The translations under genes were made by a program, and so were the position numbers. A stretch of 64,000 nucleotides of DNA from an uncultured Chloroflexia bacterium. GTDB lineage: Bacteria; Chloroflexota; Limnocylindria; Limnocylindrales; CSP1-4. The notes below the pieces were generated by a model. The model searched no databases, had not been told where the DNA came from, and saw only the letters and a list, made by a program, of their open reading frames with translations. Positions 53,775 to 63,245 of this stretch are shown one piece after another; positions within the stretch are counted from its first letter, which is position 1; every line of letters begins with the position of its first letter. The DNA lies in contig CAVQJC010000004.1 in assembly GCA_963712745.1 (NCBI GenBank), positions 233,791-297,790 on the forward strand, written 5' to 3'.

Positions 53775-53850
53775 GCCCCCGTAGCTCAGTGGATAGAGCG
53801 GCAGCGTCCTAAGCTGCGCGTCGGCGGTTCGAATCCGTCCGGGGGCGCCA
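53775..53850 (+). tRNA. tRNA-Arg (anticodon CCT)
   Basis: gcccccg/cgggggc acceptor stem, TAGCTCAGTGGATAGAGC D-arm, gcagc-gt-CCT-aa-gctgc anticodon arm, GGTTCGAATCC, CCA. Confidence 0.95.
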
Positions 53851-53913
53851 TGCCACCCTGTTCGACCTCGTCGTCCAGGCGCCTGACGCACTCCCCAGCC
53901 ACCGGGCGGCGAT

Positions 53914-53954
53914 GAAGCGAAACGGCCCTCCGAGCTCGCGGCTCGAAGGGCCGT
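53914..53954 (-). terminator. Hairpin terminator between tRNA-Arg and the convergent island gene
   Basis: acggccctccgagc/gctcgaagggccgt stem, T-containing tail on the minus strand. Confidence 0.6.
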
Positions 53955-53966
53955 AGGAGTGAAGTC

Positions 53967-55243
53967 TCAGGGGTGCGGCTGCCAGCTGGGCCACTCGGCA
54001 TCCGCGACGCCCTCGATCTTGGTCGCCACCAGCGCCATCGGGTCGGTCACATCCACCATCGTCAAGATCCCGTCGGGCCATTGGCCGAGGATGGAACGGC
54101 CGTCCGGCGACCAGCCAAGCACGGAGAGCGAGATGTCGAGCGAGGTCACGTCCGCCGAGGCCACGTCGTAGAGCATCGGCCGTGGGTCAGCGGCACCCCA
54201 GCTCGTGAAGGCGATCAGCGAGCCGTCAGGGGACCAGTACGGCTCGAACTCGTCCCCCTGCTCGCCGGCGATGAGCGTGTCCTCACCGGTGGCCAGGTCC
54301 ACGAGATAGACGTCCCATGCCTCGGCGCCGGTGAAGACGGCCAACGTCGATCCATCTGGGGAGATGGAGAGCTGGTCTAACCCGGAGCGGCCGGTCAGGT
54401 CGCCGATCCGCTCGACGTTCGCGCCATCGGCGTCCATGCGATAGATGCCGTAGTCGATCTCGCCGAGCGTCCTGCCGGCGAAGATGATGCTCTTGCCATC
54501 CGGCGTCCACACCGGCGCGCGCGCATCCAGCTCGGGAACACCGATGACCTGGGCCAGCTCGATGCCGTCGGTGGGCGCGCTCCAGATCCGCTGTCCGCGT
54601 CGGCGAGTTCGTCGGTGTCATCCAGCCGCTCGGCGGCGTAGACGAGCCTCGAGCCGTCGGGGCTCCAGGCGTGGATGTTGGGCTTGGTGCCCCTTGAGTG
54701 TGGAGCGATCGGCTCGCCGACCGCGACGGGGTTGGAGCCGTCGGCATCCCGGACCGTCATCGTGATCGGGCCATCGCGGCCGGCCCACGACTGGTAGGCG
54801 AAGCGCGTTCCGTCGGGCGACCACCTGGGAAGGAAGGCGCCTTCGTCGGCCCCCGTCAGTCGGACCGGCTCACCGGGACTGCCGGTCGGATGCGTGTAGA
54901 CGTCGCCGTCATAGGTCGAGTAGGTGAGTCCAGCGAGCGGATCACCACCGTCGGAGGCGTCGACGAGGCCGCTGCCGATGGCATAGCCGCCGATGGCGCC
55001 GATGGACAGGAGCGCGATGGTGAGCAGGACGATCGCGACGCGGGGCACGACCCCGAGCTGTGCGCGGGTTTCCATGGAGATCCACCTTTCCGTGGTGGCC
55101 CAGGCGGGTCGCTGTCGCGTAGCCGCGAGACGCTCGACGAATGCAGTCTCGAGGCTCTCGGGCGCCCGGGGGGCGGCGTCCGCTTCGAGCCAGTTGGTCA
55201 GGAGGCGGTCCAGATTGACATCGGGTGCGTCTTTGACGCTCAT
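53967..55243 (-). CDS. Putative anti-sigma factor B with TolB-like (PD40) beta-propeller; frameshift near 54590
   Basis: ATGA overlap with the sigma gene; N-terminal LDRLLTNWL...RQRPAW..ERWISM, TM helix, repeated WSPDG motifs across two ORFs. Confidence 0.78.
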
Positions 55244-55791
55244 GCCGGACCCCCTTCCTGCAATGGCAGCCGCGCGTCCGCCTCGAGCGAGGCGCGCATC
55301 TGCGTCTTGGTGCGGTTGAGTCGGGACTTGACGGTGCCGACCGGGAGGCCCAGGGCCAGCGCGGTCTCGTGCATCGGCAGCCCGAGGTAGTAGTGGAGGA
55401 CGATGAGTGCCCGCTGCTCGGGCTTGAGCGTCATGAAGACCCGTTCGAGCTGGTCGCGATCGGCGGTCACGGTGGCGGGGTCGACAGCCTCGGTCTCGAT
55501 CGGCCGGACCTGTCCTTCCGCGCGGGCGCGCCGCTTCTCCTTGCGTGCCTCGCGATAGCACGCGTGGACCAGCAAACGTCGGATCCAGGCGTCGAAGGCA
55601 TCGGGGTCACGCAGGCCCGCGAGGTCACGCCAGGCGCCGATGAGGGCCTCCTGGGTGGCGTCATGGGCGCGGTCGTCGTCCCGGAGGATGAGCCGTGCGA
55701 TGGCGTAGAGCCGGTCGATCTGGCCGCGTCCCAGCTCCGTGAACGCGGCCCGATCACCCGCCATCGCCCGTTCGACGAGATCCCGCTGCAT
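55240..55791 (-). CDS. ECF sigma-70 factor B
   Basis: AGGAG RBS; GDRAAFTEL...DATQEALIGAWRDL..LRDPDAFDAW and ETALALGLPVGTVKSRL. Confidence 0.93.
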   Translation of the reverse strand: MQRDLVERAMAGDRAAFTELGRGQIDRLYAIARLILRDDDRAHDATQEALIGAWRDLAGLRDPDAFDAWIRRLLVHACYREARKEKRRARAEGQVRPIETEAVDPATVTADRDQLERVFMTLKPEQRALIVLHYYLGLPMHETALALGLPVGTVKSRLNRTKTQMRASLEADARLPLQEGGPA

Positions 55792-55835
55792 CGGGTCTCC
55801 TGTTGCGGCGGCCCGTTTGGCCGCTCTCGAACCAT

Positions 55836-55862
55836 AGGACCCGCTGCAAGGGCATGGGTTCC
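55836..55862 (-). promoter_or_regulatory. Putative ECF promoter GGAACC-N16-GTCCT upstream of sigma B
   Basis: Matches the general ECF -35 GGAAC / -10 GTC pattern with a 16-nt spacer. Confidence 0.5.
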
Positions 55863-56085
55863 ATCTTCGTGCGGGCCGCCGTCGGCCGGCCCTGCTCTGC
55901 ATCGGGTCGCGGCTCCGCCCGAACGTCGTGCCATTGGCATGGCATCGGCTTCGATCGGTTCGTCGGCCAGCAAATCGGGAACCTTCTCCGCACCCCAGTA
56001 CCCCGACGGGTGGGCGCGACCCACGGCGGGCGCCTCGCCGCGACATCCAGTCGTGAGAAAGGATCATGCAAGCAGGAGGCACCTG

Positions 56086-56823
56086 ATGAGACGACAGCAA
56101 GCGGCCAGCCTCGCTTTCGCAGCGGCACTGGCCACTACCGTCGCCCCAAGCACCCTCGCTCAGGGTGAGCCGGCCGATGCGGACCACCCCGTGTGGAAGA
56201 TCGTCCCACCGAACAAGTCCGTCGGCGGGCAGACCTACGAGGAGTGGGCCAGGGACTATGCCGACTGGCTCCTCTGGACGCGCACGCCGGAGAACCCGCC
56301 TCCGGCCGCGACGCTGGACTGCCAGGGCGGCCAGCACGGTGGCGATGTCTTCTTCGTGCCGCACACGATGATCGGCACCACGACCGAGTATGCCTGCACC
56401 GTGGGTGCCGACCAGCATCTGCTCCTCTTCCTCGGCGGATGGATCGACTGGGCCGACGACGGCCAGACCGGCGAGCAGATGCTCGACGAGTTCTACGATC
56501 CCCACTACCAGTTCCACGATTTCGAGTTCACGCTCGACGGCGTGACGGTGCCAGTCGGTAGTCACCTGACTCTCCAGCCGGACCTGTACTCGGTCGACTT
56601 CGCCGAGGACAACCTCTTCGGGTTGCCGGCGGGGCCGCGCGATGTCCTGCTGGCGGCCTTGACTGTCGCCATGCTGGAACCGCTCGAGCCCGGCGGGCAC
56701 GAGCTGACGGTGAAGAACACCAACTTCGATCCGGGTCTCAATGACGGGGACAGCCAGTTTGCCGACGCCGTGTCCATCGTGACGCTCACCGTCGAGGAGC
56801 CCACCACGGCCTCCGCTTCCTAG
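56086..56823 (+). CDS. Secreted hypothetical protein
   Basis: AGGAGG RBS, signal peptide ending TLA-Q, intact acidic 245-aa ORF with two Cys. Confidence 0.8.
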   Translation: MRRQQAASLAFAAALATTVAPSTLAQGEPADADHPVWKIVPPNKSVGGQTYEEWARDYADWLLWTRTPENPPPAATLDCQGGQHGGDVFFVPHTMIGTTTEYACTVGADQHLLLFLGGWIDWADDGQTGEQMLDEFYDPHYQFHDFEFTLDGVTVPVGSHLTLQPDLYSVDFAEDNLFGLPAGPRDVLLAALTVAMLEPLEPGGHELTVKNTNFDPGLNDGDSQFADAVSIVTLTVEEPTTASAS

Positions 56824-57440
56824 CCGCCCTCACTGCAGAGTCAACGCTCCCGACTCCGCCGACCGCCGGAGCGGGAGCGTAGCCATGCCATCGGGTGGCG
56901 TATCGCCCGCTTTCCGGTGGCTGCGGCGAGGGCGAACTTCGCCTTGAGTGGTGACGTCGACAGTCCGGGCGGCGACGGGATGATCCTCGGCTGCCTGCTG
57001 CTGGCGGCGCCACTCCGGCCGCCCACGATGTCCTTGTGGCTGTGGTACGTGCTCAAGCGGCACGGGAACGCCACGAGTCGAGAATGGTGACGAGCGTCCT
57101 GTGCGTCGATGCCGCTACAGGTACGCGGCGAGCTTCTCCTCGGGTTTGGCAGCTAGCGCCCCGCGCCCGTCCGGGGGCGCCAGGCCAACCTGGTCTTCTT
57201 CGCCGTGTGCTGGCTCCACGAGCCGCAGCCGAGTAGGTGGGTCTTTCTCGGTCATCGCTCTGTGGCTAGGTTCGATGTTCGGCATGCAGGCCCCGATGGT
57301 ACGCTCGCCCTGACGCCCCAGTCGGCGTCTCCCATCCAGAGCGGACGAGGGACTCGGCCCCGTGACTCCGCAGCAACCAGTCGGCTCCCTCAGCCGACAC
57401 GGTGCTCCCGCCGAGTGCGATGGTCGAAGGAGGACCACTC

Positions 57441-57720
57441 ATGGGCGTCAAGCTCAGCATCGAGATCGATCAGTCCCCTCGAACCGGACGACCGGGAGTT
57501 GCTCACCGGCCTCTCCATCATGGTCATGGCTATCGCCAACCACGAGATGGCGAAGCAGCACTTCCCCGGCGCCTTCGACACGGAAGAGGAGCCGGAGCCG
57601 ATGCCCTGCATGGCCGAGGGCCAGGGCGCAGACGAGGGCAAGTACTGCGTGAGCGAGGTCGCCCACAAGGGCCGCCACAGGTTCCGCGTCATCCTGCCGC
57701 CGACCGAGGGCCTGAACTAG
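57441..57720 (+). CDS. Small hypothetical protein with C-x12-C-x5-H-x3-H motif (frameshift near 57477)
   Basis: AAGGAGG RBS; MGVKLSIEIDQS joins PLEPDDRELL... if one C is added to a C-run. Confidence 0.6.
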
Positions 57721-58023
57721 GCCTGCCCTTCAGGAGGTGGCTGTAGCCAGCCGCCGCCATACGCCGCTACCTGTGCGACGAGGCCGGCTGCGATCACCGC
57801 GACTGTCCGCCCCGACGTCGGGCCGACGAGGACCAGCAGCCCTTCGGCGTTCCCTACCAGGGACCCGCCCTGCCGCAGCACGTCGTGGATCTCGACGGTG
57901 TCCCGCTCGGTGCCCCGATGTACGCGGTACAGGGTGCGGCGGGGAGCTGGCGACTGGTGCCGCTGGACGACTGACATGCGGACCGCTTCACGTCCCGAGA
58001 TGCCAGCGAAGTTGCATCCGCCT

Positions 58024-58057
58024 GAGACAGTAGGCGCTCGACAAGGCTCTATAGGAC
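58024..58057 (+). promoter_or_regulatory. Putative autoregulated leaderless ECF promoter GAGACA-N16-GCTCT-N7-ATG
   Basis: Same geometry as 36977-37010. Confidence 0.55.
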
Positions 58058-58607
58058 ATGGATGCGGTGACACGAACGGCAGACCGGGGGCGGGCTGGCT
58101 TGCTGGCGGCTGCCGCTGCCGGTGACGAGCTCGCCTTCCGCCGCATCATCGTCGATCACCACGACGACATGCGCCGCGTGGCCGCCTACGTCGCAGGTGA
58201 CCACGCCATCGCGGACGAGGCCACGCAGGCCGCGTGGCTGATCGCCTGGAAGAAGATCGGCAGCGTCCGCGACGAGGCTTCCCTGCGCCCGTGGCTCGTG
58301 TCGGTCGCGGCCAACGAGGCCAAGCGCGTCCTGCGAACAGCAACGTCGGCGGGCCGCGTTCGAGGGCGCGGCTGCGGCAGGGGTCGAGTCGAGCGGCGTC
58401 GATCCCGCGACGGGTGTCGATGCGATGGACCTGTACGCGGCGATGGCACGGCTCGATCCCGACGACCGTGCCCTCCTCGCCATGCGCTACGTCGCGGGCT
58501 TCGACTCGAACGAGCTGGCGAAGGCCACCGGCATCAGCGCGTCGGGCACCCGCAGCCGCATCGAGCGGGCACTGAAGCGGCTCAGGAAGGATCTCAGCGA
58601 TGGATGA
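58058..58607 (+). CDS. ECF sigma-70 factor C, paralog of sigma A (frameshift around 58340-58380)
   Basis: GDELAFRRI...AWKKIGSVRDEASLRPWL; second frame LDPDDRALLAMRY...GTRSRIERA. Confidence 0.88.
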
Positions 58608-59982
58608 CATGAACGCCTTCGAGCGCCAGGTCGTGGGCCAGATCCGCCGCTTCGCGGGTCCGTCGCGTCCGGTCGATGACGCCGCGATCTTCACCGCCAT
58701 CACCGCCACCCGGTCCCCCAAGTGGAGGTTCAGGTCCATGTTCAGCGCGACCAAGTTCGTCGTCGCGGGTGCCATCGTGGCGCTGTTCGGCGGCTTCCTG
58801 CTGGCGGGGGTCCTGACACAGCCGAGCGAAGATCGGGTGCCGGCAGCCGGCGCGGCAACCCCTGCATCGATATCGTCTGTCGACCCGACCCGTGCGCTGG
58901 ATCGATACCTGGACATGCGTGCGCGTCTGACCACCAAGAATCGCTCCCGGGGTCCAGGCGGTCATCAACGACGGCGCGGGCCACGAGCTGACCGTCTCTC
59001 GGCGACGACGGACTCGGCGGGAGTATCACCGTCGCCCCCGACGGGTCGGTCTGGCTGCTGGGCCAGGAGCGCTTCGTCGAGCTCGGACGACCTGGGACGT
59101 GTCCGGGAGCCCCTTCAAGGGACGCCGGCTACGACCTCGCCTTCGCCCCGGACGGCACGCCGTGGGCCCTCTCGGGGGACCGGGTCCACCGTTTCTCTGA
59201 CAGCGACTGGCTCAGGGTCAGTCGCGGACTGAGGCCGCTGGAAGAGCTCGAGGTCGGCGATCTTGCGCTCGAGGTCCTGTCGGACGGCTCGGTCTGGACC
59301 AGGGACCAGGAGGAGCTGGCCCGACTGGACGGCGACACCTGGACGACGTTCCGCTTCGCTGACACGGCGAATCCCGCTGCCCAGCGAGGACCTGTGGGTC
59401 TTCCCGGTCGACCTCGCCTCCACCCCCGACGGCAGCCTGTGGGTCGCGTTCAGTACGTGGGAGCGGAACAGTCCGCTGCGGGGTGGGTTGGCACGCTTCG
59501 ACGGATCGTCCTGGAAACTTGTCGAGCCGCTGGGAGAGGGTCATCGGCACATGCCGATGTCGCTCGCGAGCGGCAAGGACGGGAGCTTGTGGGCGGCCCT
59601 GTACGGCTGTGAAGGTGAGGGCTGCGAGGAGGACACGAGCCGCTGGCACCCGTTCCTCGCTCGTCTGGACGAGGATGGATGGACCGTGCTGGGTGAAGCG
59701 GACGGCGTGGCCCCGGTCGGAAAGCCCGGTTGGTGGGTCGGACAGATGGCCATCACTGCCGACGGTCGCCTGCTCGCAGACGTCGATGATGGAGACTTCG
59801 GCTCCGTCTGGAGGCCGAGTCACCTCGCCATCTTCGACCTCGACGGGCGAGAGGCGACCCTGCCCAACCTCGATGGGAGAGACGGCGTGGCATCCATGGC
59901 GGGCGCCCCGGACGGCACGTTCTGGGTGCTCGACGGGAGCCTCTTCATCATCGATTCCGAGGCCGTGGCGGGCATCGAGTAG
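58600..59982 (+). CDS. Putative anti-sigma factor C with extracytoplasmic beta-propeller (several frameshifts)
   Basis: Overlaps the sigma stop; RSMFSAT plus TM; repeated (A/T)PDGxxW blades in pieces up to 59982. Confidence 0.68.
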
Positions 59983-60033
59983 GATCGCGGCAGCCGCCAA
60001 CCCGGCCACCATCCGTCCACTGCCCGACACCCT

Positions 60034-60056
60034 CCACGCTCAGCGCCGTGAGCCAG
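60034..60056 (+). repeat. Repeat block R1, copy 1 (short core only)
   Basis: ccacgctcagcgccgtgagccag, 1 mismatch to copies 3 and 4. Confidence 0.75.
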
Positions 60057-60240
60057 GTGCATGTCGGTCGAGGGTCGCGGCAGGCTCGCCCTGAGTCGCT
60101 CCGAGCCGATGACGACCCCGGCTCATCGCGGCCCGGTCGCGGCTAGACAGCCCTGATAGCCTGACGGCTTGCGCCGGTCTGACGGGCAGCGGAGGGCTGC
60201 TCCGCCCCCGGACGCAACACGGGGGGCAGGGAGGATGCCC

Positions 60241-60762
60241 GTGCGGGCCATCAAGACCACCACCATCTCCATCCTTGCGCTCGGCCTGCTGGCCGGCTCG
60301 GCGGTCGGGGCCGCGGCACAGGATGCCGATGCCGATGGCACCGAGCGTCTGGTCGGGCGAGCTCGTGCCCGGCGGGGGCGAACAGATCTTCCCGTGGAGG
60401 AGACGCCCGCGTAAGATGAAGTGGTCGGTCGAGACACCGGCCGGATCGATGCGACCGACCAGCGCATCAGCGGTGACTGGGAGCAAGTGCTCGCGTTCCG
60501 TGTGTTCGATCCTGAAGGAGATCGGGCGATCGTTCGACCCGGCGACGATCCGAGTCAGAGAATGACGCTGGGTCATGGAGCGGCACCTACGAGCGGCTGG
60601 GCCGGCGGTCCGTCCAACGAGGGGATGAACGTGCTCACGGGCGAAGGCGACTACGAGGGCCTCACGGCTGTCTTCAGCCGGACGGGCGAGGGCGCTCTGG
60701 AGGGCCTGATCGTGCCTGGAGTCGCGCCGGCCGCGCCGGAGGCAGGACCCGCCGCCGAGTAA
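60241..60762 (+). CDS. Secreted protein with DxR...GxGxYEGL domain (frameshifted)
   Basis: GGGAGG RBS, signal RAIKTTTISILALGLLAGSAVGAAAQ; ATDQRISG and LTGEGDYEGLTA. Confidence 0.65.
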
Positions 60763-60827
60763 CCCCATCCCGCCACCTCGGCTGCCTGCGGTGGTCGCGG
60801 CCCTGCTTGGTACCTCGCCGGCCAGGG

Positions 60828-61199
60828 CCACGCCCATCGCCGCGAACCAGCTCCACCTTACCCATAGACACCGACTCGCTGGACGCCTGCCCGCGTTGGA
60901 CCTGAGCGGACACCATGACGGTGTGCTGGAACAGCGCCCTTGGACCCTGAGGACAGCCGCCTCGGACCCTGAGAACAGCGCCGCCAGCCCACGCGCATCC
61001 ACCACCCTCGAAGGCTTCTGTGGCTTGTCGCGAGGAGGAGAATGGTCAGAGCGGGAGGCGATGAGGCACGGCCCACACCCTGGCCGCCTGGACCGCGCCG
61101 AGCCACTGGCGAACCCGGCCCGCGCATGAGAAGGGGGTTGACCATGCGTACGTTGCGGCTGTCCCTGGTCGGGACGGTCATCGTGGCGCTGCTCGGCGG
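60828..61199 (+). repeat. Composite repeat unit: degenerate R1 (60828-60914), R2 (60967-61035), R3 (61048-61125), RBS and conserved leader
   Basis: Blocks align with 61711-62078 and 62999-63245. Confidence 0.88.
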
Positions 61200-61690
61200 G
61201 CTGGGTGGCGCGGTGCTGGGACAGGAAGAGGAGGACGCGCCCGTATGGGTGACCCTCCTCTCGCAGGAGAACTGCCCGGATGGAGGCGGACCCCGGCACC
61301 TACGAGCCAGGCGCGGGACTCGCCAAGAAGTACGCGAGATCTGCCCCTCGCCTGTGACAACACCTACAGCGATGCTCGCCTCGATGGAACGAGTCACATG
61401 CTCTACAACGAGGACTGCTTCGAGTCGGGCATCTGCGTCGGCTGGGGGACCAATCAGATCGACGGCTCCGATGGATCGTGGAGCGGGTGGTGGCACGAGA
61501 TCGATGACGACGAGACGGACGGGGAGGACAACACGAGCTTCCACATCGTGCTGACCGGCGACGGCGGCTACGAGGGACTCACCGCCATCATCTACTCGCT
61601 CGGCGTCTGGGAGGCGTTCCCAACGAGTACGGAGTCATCTACCGGGGCGATCCGCCGCCAGGCCCGGACGTGCTGTTGGCTGCCGAGTAG
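61144..61690 (+). CDS. Secreted protein, MRTLRLSL leader plus DxR...GxGxYEGL domain (frameshifted)
   Basis: Leader MRTLRLSLVGTVIVALLGGLGGAVLGQ; YSDARLDG, GSWSG and LTGDGGYEGLTA. Confidence 0.68.
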
Positions 61691-61710
61691 CAGTCCGCCA
61701 CGCGACCGCG

Positions 61711-62078
61711 CCACGCTCAGCGCCGCGAGCCAGATCCATGCAGGGATGGACACCGACACGACCGTCATCTGCCCCTGCTCGAGCTGAGCCACCGACATCG
61801 CGTCCACGGCGATGCCTTGAGAGCGCCGTCTGCACCAAGGACAGCACTGACCGATGCCGCGATCAGCACGCCGCGTCGGTGACCTCCGCCGCTTGAACCG
61901 AGTGCTAACTCTGTGGCCTCATACCGGGTAGAGCGGGAGGCGATGAGGCGCGGCCCACACCCTGGCCGCCTGGACCGCGCCGAGCCACTGGCGAACCCGT
62001 CCCGCGCCTGGAGGGGGATGTCATGCGTACGTTGCGACTGTCCCTGGCAGGGACGGTCATCTTGGCGCTGCTCGGCGG
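61711..62078 (+). repeat. Composite repeat unit: R1 (61711-61820), R3 (61930-62007), RBS and conserved leader
   Basis: R3 is 76/78 identical to 61048-61125; leader DNA is 52/56 identical to 61144-61199; R1 closely matches 62999-63110. Confidence 0.9.
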
Positions 62079-62932
62079 CCTCAGTGGAGCCGTCATTGGC
62101 GCAGGACGACACTTGGCCCAAGCACGAGCTGTACGTCGTCTACGGGGACGACGACCCGGTATCGGCAGTACATGCACATCTACAAGCCGGAACCCCGCGA
62201 GGATCCGCGCCCCGCGCTCATCTTCTTCCACGGCGGCGGCCTGGAGGTCGGCGTCACGCCCGACGACGCGATGCTCGTTCGGGGAAGATCGCCGCCGGCG
62301 GCGGGCTGGGCGAGCCGTACGTCACGTTCCTCGCTGGCTATCGGCTGCTCGACCAGGCCACCGGGCGAGGTCCGCTGGCCGGCCCAGCTCCACGATGCCC
62401 AGCGTGTCGTGCGCTGGGTGCGTGCCCACGCCGACGAGTACAACGTCGACCCGGATCGCATCTGCTCCATCGGCGACTCATCGGGCGGCCACCTCGCCGC
62501 CATGCTCGGCGTGATCGGACACCGTCGACGACTCCGATCCCGAGCTGGCCGGCATCTCCAGCCGGGTGGACTGCGCCATCGCCATCGCCGGCGTCTACGA
62601 CATGACCATCCCGCTCGTTCGACCCCGACGAGTGGTACGAGGCCATCCCGATGGCCGAGATCGAGGCCGACCCGACCATCGCGCTCGAGGCCTCGCCCGT
62701 CTTCCACGTCGATGAGGACACCGTGCCGATGCTCGTCCTCCACGGCAACCGGGACACCGTCGTGCCCATCGAGCAGTCGCGCAACCTCGCCGACGCGCTC
62801 GGAGCCGCCGGCATCGAGTTCGCCTACGCCGAGCTGCCGACCGGACACGGTGCCGCAGAGTACTTCCAGGAGCAGGGGACCTTCGAGCTCATCGAGGCGT
62901 TCCTCAACTACCAGGTGCACCCGGAGCAGTAG
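62023..62932 (+). CDS. Secreted alpha/beta hydrolase (HSL-like esterase) with MRTLRLSL leader (frameshifted)
   Basis: LIFFHGGG, GDSSGGHLA, HGNRDTVVP and TGH. Confidence 0.8.
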
Positions 62933-62998
62933 TCGGTCCTGCCGCTCAGGTCTTCGGCAGTCGCGCAGCGGCACACCAGGCCAGAACCCGACCACCCG

Positions 62999-63245
62999 CC
63001 ACGCTCAGCGCCGCGAGCCAGACCTATGCAGGGATAGACACCGCCACGACGGTCGTCTGCCCCTGCTCGAGTTGAGCCACACCGACATCGGCGCCATGGC
63101 GGTGCCCTGAGGACTGCGCCGCCAGCCCACGCGAATCGACCACCCTCGAAGGCTTCTGTGGCTTGTCGCGAGGGGGAAGATCTGGGTACGAGCGGGGAGG
63201 CGACGACGCGCGGCCCACCACCATGGCCGCCTGGACCGCGCCGAG
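62999..63245 (+). repeat. Composite repeat unit R1+R2+partial R3, truncated by IS110
   Basis: 35-bp accaccctcgaaggcttctgtggcttgtcgcgagg is identical to 61001-61035; similarity ends abruptly after gaccgcgccgag. Confidence 0.9.

Noticed and set aside
56830-57400. Minus-strand ORF fragments between the secreted protein and the zinc-finger-like gene
   Set aside because: Short and broken with no recognisable motif; cannot be supported as a gene.
60034-63245. CRISPR array or canonical integron attC array
   Set aside because: The repeats are long, composite and separated by whole genes; no cas genes are present, and I could not identify RYYYAAC...GTTRRRY ends.
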